The position numbers were made by a program, and so were the translations under genes. Below the pieces are notes generated by a model, which made no database searches, was not told where the DNA came from, and was given only the letters and a program-made list of their open reading frames with translations. Positions 58,113 through 64,000 of a stretch of DNA of 64,000 nucleotides are shown here, in pieces; within the stretch, counting starts at the first letter, position 1, and every line of letters begins with the position of its first letter. The stretch comes from Candidatus Eiseniibacteriota bacterium (GTDB taxonomy: Bacteria; Eisenbacteria; RBG-16-71-46; SZUA-252): assembly GCA_043779525.1 (NCBI GenBank), contig JAYWED010000018.1:20867-84866 (forward strand), written 5' to 3'.

Positions 58113-58337
58113 ATGGCTAGAGTCTGCGACATCTGCGGCAAGGGCGTCCAGCACGGACAGAACGTGAGCCACGCCCACAACGTCACCAAACGCCGCTGGG
58201 AAGTGAATCTGCAGACCGTGCGCGCGTTGGTCGAGGGAAAGCCGCGCAGGCTCCGGGTCTGCACCCGCTGCATCCGCACCGGCGCCGTCCGTAAGAAAAT
58301 GCCCCAGGGAGAAGCGCAACGCGCCCGGGCCGTCTAG
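58113..58337 (+). CDS. rpmB: 50S ribosomal protein L28
   Basis: MARVCDICGKGVQHGQNVSHAHNVTKRRWEVNLQ... matches L28 (SRVCQVTGK..NNVSHA.N.TKRRF.PNL) pattern. Confidence 0.85.
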   Translation: MARVCDICGKGVQHGQNVSHAHNVTKRRWEVNLQTVRALVEGKPRRLRVCTRCIRTGAVRKKMPQGEAQRARAV

Positions 58338-58370
58338 GCCAGGACGCGCGCGCCGCTTCTCCGCTGTAGC

Positions 58371-58395
58371 GAAGCCCGCCTGTCGCGCGGGCTTC
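58371..58395. terminator. Candidate bidirectional stem-loop between convergent rpmB and ftsZ (gaagcccgc-ctgtcgc-gcgggcttc)
   Basis: Perfect 9-bp inverted repeat with 7-nt loop, overlapping the ftsZ stop codon; GC-rich stem, no clear U-tract (common in high-GC genomes). Confidence 0.4.
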
Positions 58396-59656
58396 AGTCC
58401 ATCTGCTTCCGCATGAATGCCGGAACGTCCATGTTGTCCCGCGTGATCGCGCGTCCCCCGAACGGGCGGCGCGGCGAGGCCGACGCCATCCGATAGCCCG
58501 GACGGGCGGATGCCACCGCGGACTCTTCCTCGGACGAAGGCTCTTCCAGAGTCGGCGCCGAGGCCGGCACCGGCGCCGGCTGGCGCGCCATGATCCGCTC
58601 CCGCGGCTCGACCATCGGGTAGATCCGAGGCTGCGACGGATGCGCTGCCGCGGGCATCCCCATGGCCCGCTGCTGCATCTGTTGCTTCGGCTCACCCTTC
58701 CCGAATCCGGTCGCGATGACCGTGATCGAGAGCCCGTCTCCCATGCGCTCGTCGATCACCGCGCCGAAGATCACGTTCGCGTCGTGTCCTGCCGCGTCCA
58801 CAACCACCGTCACCGCCTCGTTGATCTCGTGGAGCGTCATCGACTCTCCGCCCGTCACGTTCACGAGCAGAGCCTCCGCCCCCGAGATCGAGATGTCGTC
58901 CAGGAGGGGGCTCGAGACGGCGGCCTGCGCGGCCTCGTACGCGCGATTGGGGCCGGTCGCGTGCCCCGCCCCCATGAGCGCGTTTCCCCGCTCCGCCATG
59001 ACCGTCTTCACGTCCGCGAAGTCCAGGTTCACGAGACCCGGGACCGTGATCAGATCCGAGATCCCCTTCGTGGCGTGGTGCAGCACCTGATCCGCCACCC
59101 GGAACGCCTCCTTGAGCGGCGTGGTGCGGTCCACGATCGTGAGGAGACGCTGATTCGGAATCACGATCAGCGTGTCCACGCGCTCCTTCAGCTCGCGCAG
59201 CCCGTCCTCGGCGAGCTGATTCCGGCGCCGGCCCTCGAACTCGAAGGGCCGTGTCACCACCGCGACCGTGAGCGCGCCCTGCGCCTTCGCGATCCGAGCC
59301 ACGACGGGAGCGGCGCCGGTGCCGGTCCCGCCCCCCATGCCGGCGGTCACGAACACCATGTCCGCCCCGTCGAGCAGCTCCGCGATCTGCGCCTCGTCCT
59401 CCTCGGCCGCGTCCCGTCCGACGTTCGGGTTCGCGCCCGAGCCCAGCCCCTTCGTGACACCTGTTCCAAGCTGGAGCTTCTTCGGACTCAGGGACTGATC
59501 CAGCACCTGCGCGTCGGTGTTGGCGGCGATGAACTCGACGCCGCCCAACCCGGACTGGATCATTCGATTGACCGCGTTTCCACCCGCTCCTCCGACACCG
59601 ATCACCTTGATCGAGGCCCCCAACACCGCATTCCCGTCATCGATCAACTCGAGCAT
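58394..59656 (-). CDS. ftsZ: Cell division protein FtsZ
   Basis: GGGTGTG tubulin signature ([14 protein letters not shown]), C-terminal conserved peptide DVPAFMRKQ. Confidence 0.95.
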   Translation of the reverse strand: MLELIDDGNAVLGASIKVIGVGGAGGNAVNRMIQSGLGGVEFIAANTDAQVLDQSLSPKKLQLGTGVTKGLGSGANPNVGRDAAEEDEAQIAELLDGADMVFVTAGMGGGTGTGAAPVVARIAKAQGALTVAVVTRPFEFEGRRRNQLAEDGLRELKERVDTLIVIPNQRLLTIVDRTTPLKEAFRVADQVLHHATKGISDLITVPGLVNLDFADVKTVMAERGNALMGAGHATGPNRAYEAAQAAVSSPLLDDISISGAEALLVNVTGGESMTLHEINEAVTVVVDAAGHDANVIFGAVIDERMGDGLSITVIATGFGKGEPKQQMQQRAMGMPAAAHPSQPRIYPMVEPRERIMARQPAPVPASAPTLEEPSSEEESAVASARPGYRMASASPRRPFGGRAITRDNMDVPAFMRKQMD

Positions 59657-59684
59657 CGCCTGATTCCTCCCCTCGTCCCGCTGC

Positions 59685-60914
59685 TTAGACCAGCTCCTCG
59701 ATCCACCGCTTCAACCCGAACGATAAACGGCTCAACACCCCCCGCTCGGCCGTGCTCGGCCGCGCACCCAGCATGTGGGCGTGGATCGCCAACCCCACGC
59801 CCGTCGCAAATCGTGGATCACTCACCGCCTCCGTCAGCCCCGAGATTCCCATCGGAATGCCGCGCCGCACCGGCAGGTCGAACACCTGCTCCGCCAGCTC
59901 CGGCATCCCCTCCAGCGACGACGCGCCGCCGGTCAGCACCACGCCGGCGCCCAGGAGATCGGCGATGTGGTTCTTGCGGATCTCCTTCTTGCCCAGCTCG
60001 AAGATCTCCTCGATGCGCGGCTCGATCATCATGGCGAGCATGTGCCGCGAGACCTCGCGATCCGACCTGCCTCCGACGCTCGGCACCTGCACGACCTCCT
60101 CGGGACGCACCATCGACGTGAGGGCGCATCCGCTCTGGAGCTTGAGCTGCTCGGCGCGCTCCACCGGCGTCCTGAGCCCGATCGCCAGATCGTTCGTCAC
60201 GTTGGCGCCCCCGAGCCCGATGACCGCGGTGTGACGCACGCTGCCTTCGTAGAAGATCGCGACGTCGGTTGTGCCTCCGCCGATGTCGAAGAGCGCCACG
60301 CCCAGATCGCGCTCGTCCTGGGTCAGCACCGCGTCCGCGGACGCGAGCGGCTCCAGCACCAGCTCCTCGACCTCCAGTCCCGCGCGCTCGGCGGCTCGGA
60401 TCACGTTCCGGCACGCCGACGCGGCGCCCGTGATGATGTGGACCTCGGCCTCCAGCCGTACCCCCGACATCCCGACCGGATCGCGGATCCCGTCCTGGTC
60501 GTCCACGATGAACTCCTGGGGCAGGACGTGGAGGATCTCCCGGTCCGTCGGGATCGCCACGGCCTTCGCCGCCTCGATGACGCGCTCCAGATCGTTGGGT
60601 CGGATCTCGGCGTCCTTCCGCGAGACCGCGATCACCCCGCGGCTGTTGATACCCCGGATGTGGTCCCCCGCGATCCCGGCGAAGACGCTGCGGATGGTCC
60701 GGCCCGACATCCGCTCCGCCTCCTGAACCGCGACCTGGATGGACCGCGTCGTCTTCTCCAAGTTCACGACGACGCCGCGCTTGAGCCCGTCCGAGGGCGC
60801 GCTCCCCACGCCGATGATGCGGATCCCCTCCCCGCTCTCGTCGGCCTCGGCAACAATGGCGGTGATCTTGGTCGTCCCGATGTCCAGTCCCGCGTAGATT
60901 CTGGTTTCCGCCAT
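59685..60914 (-). CDS. ftsA: Cell division protein FtsA
   Basis: 409 aa actin-fold; [23 protein letters not shown]...; DIGGGTTD phosphate-2 motif. Confidence 0.9.
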   Translation of the reverse strand: MAETRIYAGLDIGTTKITAIVAEADESGEGIRIIGVGSAPSDGLKRGVVVNLEKTTRSIQVAVQEAERMSGRTIRSVFAGIAGDHIRGINSRGVIAVSRKDAEIRPNDLERVIEAAKAVAIPTDREILHVLPQEFIVDDQDGIRDPVGMSGVRLEAEVHIITGAASACRNVIRAAERAGLEVEELVLEPLASADAVLTQDERDLGVALFDIGGGTTDVAIFYEGSVRHTAVIGLGGANVTNDLAIGLRTPVERAEQLKLQSGCALTSMVRPEEVVQVPSVGGRSDREVSRHMLAMMIEPRIEEIFELGKKEIRKNHIADLLGAGVVLTGGASSLEGMPELAEQVFDLPVRRGIPMGISGLTEAVSDPRFATGVGLAIHAHMLGARPSTAERGVLSRLSFGLKRWIEELV

Positions 60915-60928
60915 CAGGTCCCCTCCGG

Positions 60929-61762
60929 TTACACCTTGTCCCGCACAGCCGGCGTCTCACTCAGACTGTCTGGAGCGCACCGGACGATCACCTGCCCCGT
61001 ATATCGAGCGTCCAACACCAGCACGCGCCGATCGTGATCGCGCAGATCGCGGAGCGTGGCCGCCAGCGCGAGCAGGCATCGCGGCGTCACGCGCTCCGGG
61101 TCGATCAGGATCGGAACCTGATCCCGGGAGGTTCGGAGCACGAACCACCGTGGATCGCTCGCGACGATCTCGGAGATATCGGGAAGGAGCCCGACCTCGG
61201 GGGATTCGAGAAGCGTCACGACCCGGAGCACGTCGGCGAACCGCGAGGCGAGAATCCGCGTACCGGGCCTCTTGTTCCCGATGGGCAGCCCGGTCACGAC
61301 CGGCCGGTCGGCGATCAGGCCCCCCGCGAGCGGCGGGAGGATCGTTCCGGTCGAATCCACCTCGAGAAGATTCCCCGCGTTCACCAGCACGAACGGCCTC
61401 CGCTCGCGGACGGAGACCCGGACCGCGGCGGGCAGGAGCGTCACCGACGCGCTCTCGATCCGGAGATTCCGCGTCAGCGAGGCCACGATCTCGGCCGGAC
61501 GGACGTCGAAGAGGCTCTCTCCGGAGCGGACCGGGATCGAAAGGCGCACCTCGTCGGGCGAAAGGTAGAGAAGTCCGGTCACCTCGACGCGCCCGGCCTG
61601 GAAGATGGGGAGCCGTCCCAGGACGCGCGCCGCGCGGGGCGCAATCCTGGCAAGCCCTGCGAGCAGGACGAGAAGCAGCGCCGCGGAGAGGAGAATTCTC
61701 CGGTTCCTGCGCCGGCGCTCCGGCAGCTTGAGACGCGTGGTCGTACGGCAGCCTGCCCTCAC
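60929..61762 (-). CDS. ftsQ: Cell division protein FtsQ (POTRA domain)
   Basis: 277 aa; N-terminal basic region + single TM (ILLSAALLLVLLAGLA), then POTRA-like region; located between murC and ftsA. Confidence 0.7.
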   Translation of the reverse strand: MRAGCRTTTRLKLPERRRRNRRILLSAALLLVLLAGLARIAPRAARVLGRLPIFQAGRVEVTGLLYLSPDEVRLSIPVRSGESLFDVRPAEIVASLTRNLRIESASVTLLPAAVRVSVRERRPFVLVNAGNLLEVDSTGTILPPLAGGLIADRPVVTGLPIGNKRPGTRILASRFADVLRVVTLLESPEVGLLPDISEIVASDPRWFVLRTSRDQVPILIDPERVTPRCLLALAATLRDLRDHDRRVLVLDARYTGQVIVRCAPDSLSETPAVRDKV

Positions 61763-61793
61763 TCGATGCCTCCCTGGTCGATGCCGCGCGCCC

Positions 61794-63161
61794 TCATCCC
61801 CTGCCCCCTCGGGCCAGCTCGCCCACCCGGTAGACGTCTCCCGCGCCGATCGTCACGAGGAGATCCCCCGGACGCAGAATCTCGCGTGCGATCGCCGCGG
61901 CCTGCTCGAAATCCGACGCCATGCGAACCGAGGCGATCCCGTTCGCCTTGATGCTTTCGATCAGGCCCTCCGAGGCGACGCCCGGGATCGGCTTCTCGCC
62001 CGCCGGATAGATGGGCAGGAGCACCAGCTCGGATACCCCGGCGAAACAGGCCGCGAACCGGTCCCGGAGCGCCTGCGTCCGCGAGAACCGGTGCGGCTGA
62101 AAGACCGCGACAATCCTGCGATTGTAGGTGTCGCGGAGGGCCTGGATGGCTGCCTCGATCTCGGTGGGGTGGTGGCCGTAGTCGTCCACCCACAGTGCGC
62201 CCCGCACCTCGCCGCGCACCTCGAGCCTCCGGCTCACGCCCGTGAACTCGTGGAGCCCTTCGCGGATCTTCGCGATCGGGATGCCCAGCTCCCATCCCGC
62301 CACGGTCGCGGCAAGCGCGTTCCGGGCGTTGTGCTCTCCGTTGACGCGGAGCTCGAAGGTTCCCTCGTCGCGTCCGCGGACGCTCAGCCGGTAGCTCACG
62401 CCGCGCGCGTTCACCTCCAGCTCGGAGCCCTCGAAGTCCGCCCCTTTCGTGAAGCCATAGGTCAGGAGCCGGCGCTTCACGTGGGAGCGAAGCGGCGTGA
62501 CGTTCGGATCGTCGTGCGGCAGGACCACCGCGCCGTAGAAGGGCACCCGGTTCACGAAGTTGAGGAAGGTCTCCTGCACGTGCGCCAGGTCCCGGTAGTA
62601 GTCGAGATGCTCGGCGTCGATGTTGGTCACGACCGCCACCGTGGGCGTGAGCAGGAGAAAGCTTCCGTCGCTCTCGTCCGCCTCCGCGACCAGGAACGGC
62701 CCATGCCCGAGCCGGGCGTGCGCGCCGACCGCCCTCACGCGTCCTCCGACGATCACGGTCGGATCCAGCCCGCCGTGCGAGAGGATCTCGCCCACCATCG
62801 AGGTGGTGGTCGTCTTGCCGTGGGCCCCCGCGACCGCGACGGAGTACTTGATGCGCATCAGCTCGGCCAGCATCTCGGCGCGCGGGATGACCGGGATCGC
62901 CCGGTCGTGAGCCTTCTGGATCTCGGGATTGGCTTCCGCGATGGCGGTCGAGGCGACCACCACGTCGGCCCCCTCCACCTGATCCGCGCGGTGTCCGATG
63001 AAGATGCGCGCGCCGAGGGAGCGCAGGCGCGCCACGGCCTCGGACTCCTTCGCGTCCGATCCGGAGACCTGGTAGCCCAGATTCAAGAGTACCTCCGCGA
63101 TGCCGCTCATGCCGCTGCCCCCGATTCCCACGAGGTGAATCCTCCGGATCCTTCCGTACAT
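61794..63161 (-). CDS. murC: UDP-N-acetylmuramate--L-alanine ligase
   Basis: 455 aa; HLVGIGGSGMSGIAEVL; ...VAGAHGKTTTTSM... Confidence 0.9.
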   Translation of the reverse strand: MYGRIRRIHLVGIGGSGMSGIAEVLLNLGYQVSGSDAKESEAVARLRSLGARIFIGHRADQVEGADVVVASTAIAEANPEIQKAHDRAIPVIPRAEMLAELMRIKYSVAVAGAHGKTTTTSMVGEILSHGGLDPTVIVGGRVRAVGAHARLGHGPFLVAEADESDGSFLLLTPTVAVVTNIDAEHLDYYRDLAHVQETFLNFVNRVPFYGAVVLPHDDPNVTPLRSHVKRRLLTYGFTKGADFEGSELEVNARGVSYRLSVRGRDEGTFELRVNGEHNARNALAATVAGWELGIPIAKIREGLHEFTGVSRRLEVRGEVRGALWVDDYGHHPTEIEAAIQALRDTYNRRIVAVFQPHRFSRTQALRDRFAACFAGVSELVLLPIYPAGEKPIPGVASEGLIESIKANGIASVRMASDFEQAAAIAREILRPGDLLVTIGAGDVYRVGELARGGRG

Positions 63162-63167
63162 GCCTGC

Positions 63168-64000
63168 TCAGCTCTCGAGCGGAATGGGACTGACATGGAC
63201 CAGCGCCTCCATGGAACGCGCGATGCGCTGGGCCGCGTCGACCCTGGCGAACGCCCGAGAGTTCCTCCCAAGGCGCCGAAGCCGGGCTTCTTCCTGGAGG
63301 AGCGATTGAATCGTCGCGGCGAGCGTCTCGGGCGATAGGTCCTTATCGGCGATGACCAGGGCCGCGTCCCGCTCCAGGAGGCCGTGCGCGTTGTGCGTCT
63401 GGTGGTCGCGCGTCGCGTGCGGGTACGGAACCAGAATCGCGGCCACGCCGCAGGCGGTCAGCTCGGCGATGGTCATCGCGCCCGCGCGGCACACCGCGAT
63501 GTCGGCGATCGCGTACGCCTTCTCGATCGCCTCCAGATACGCGAAGACGCAAATCTTGAGCGGGAAGCTCCGGAACCGCTGCCGGATCGCCTCGAAGTCC
63601 TCCGCTCCCGTCTGCCAGATCACTTGCAGCTGCGACTGCCCCTTGAGGCGCTCCAGCGCTCCCTCGGTCGCGCGGTTGATGCTCGCGGCCCCGCGGCTTC
63701 CCCCGAACACGAAGAGGGTGCGCTTCCCGGGGTCGAGCCCGAACGTCTCGTAGGCGCCCGCCTTGTCTTGCAAGAGGAGCGACCGGCGAATCGGATTCCC
63801 CGAGACGCGCAGGTTGTTCTTGCGCCGGAAGTATCCCCGCGACTCCAGGAAGCTGATGTGCACCTCGTTCGCGACCAGGTTGAGCCACCGGTTGGTGGCG
63901 CCTGGAATCGAGTTCTGCTCCTGGAGGACCACCGGCAGGCCGAAGAGTCTCGCGATCAGCACGGCCGGCGCGCTCACGTACCCTCCGGTTCCCACGACGA
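63168..64000 (-). CDS. murG: UDP-N-acetylglucosamine--N-acetylmuramyl-(pentapeptide) pyrophosphoryl-undecaprenol GlcNAc transferase (partial; N-terminus beyond window end)
   Basis: C-terminal about 275 aa ...GGSRGAASIN...CRAGAMTIAELTACGVAAILVPYPHATRDHQTHNA... typical MurG C-domain; frame stays open past position 64000. Confidence 0.85.
   Translation of the reverse strand, partial: VVGTGGYVSAPAVLIARLFGLPVVLQEQNSIPGATNRWLNLVANEVHISFLESRGYFRRKNNLRVSGNPIRRSLLLQDKAGAYETFGLDPGKRTLFVFGGSRGAASINRATEGALERLKGQSQLQVIWQTGAEDFEAIRQRFRSFPLKICVFAYLEAIEKAYAIADIAVCRAGAMTIAELTACGVAAILVPYPHATRDHQTHNAHGLLERDAALVIADKDLSPETLAATIQSLLQEEARLRRLGRNSRAFARVDAAQRIARSMEALVHVSPIPLES

Noticed and set aside
1-64000. CRISPR arrays, tRNA/rRNA genes, IS/transposase/integrase/phage genes
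   Set aside because: No direct-repeat/spacer arrays and no transposase- or integrase-like ORFs; short and long intergenic regions do not fold into obvious cloverleaf patterns by eye. Only three short tandem repeats (12, 20, 24 nt) are present and are reported as features.

Overview
This is a high-GC (about 68-70%) window of chromosomal core genome from a diderm (Gram-negative) bacterium. It is almost entirely coding and has a strong minus-strand bias. Many adjacent genes overlap by 1-4 nt (ATGA/GTGA/TAGTG junctions), which indicates long polycistronic units. I found no mobile elements, CRISPR arrays, tRNA or rRNA genes. Gene order, read on the minus strand from high to low coordinates: murG-murC-ftsQ-ftsA-ftsZ (dcw cluster end); rpmB (plus strand); recG; an MJ0042 Zn-ribbon protein; a plus-strand module of LPLAT acyltransferase, PimA-like GT4 and MFS; a small 4-Cys ORF; a hypothetical protein followed by an MglA-family GTPase with a long C-terminal extension; TPR protein; trpA; a frameshifted lipoprotein/beta-propeller remnant; csrA-fliS; a sigma-54 two-component pair; tgt-yajC-def-fmt-rsmB; a PASTA-only protein; rpe-galE-DUF2007-hldA-hldC; a cPGS-like P-loop protein; sucC-sucD-ndk; yceD-rpmF-plsX-fabH-fabD-fabG-acpP-fabF-rnc; a TPR protein; ECF sigma / anti-sigma / HtrA protease; a lipoprotein; aroB; TPR; aroQ-accB-[pilT]-accC-comB; divergent lptF-lptG (plus strand); a giant 1971-aa outer-membrane-type protein (possibly SprA/Sov-like), an M28 peptidase, and rimP-nusA. 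The most unusual items are the orphan giant secreted beta-barrel-like protein; the MglA GTPase with a 235-aa disordered tail and its unknown upstream partner; pilT inserted inside the accBC operon; a csrA-fliS bicistron without fliW; a kinase-less PrkC-position PASTA protein; a PIM-like acyltransferase+mannosyltransferase pair; and basic or Arg/Glu/Pro-rich C-terminal tails on several housekeeping enzymes (RNase III, SucD, cPGS-like). All calls come from reading the supplied ORF translations and the raw sequence. No database searches were run.
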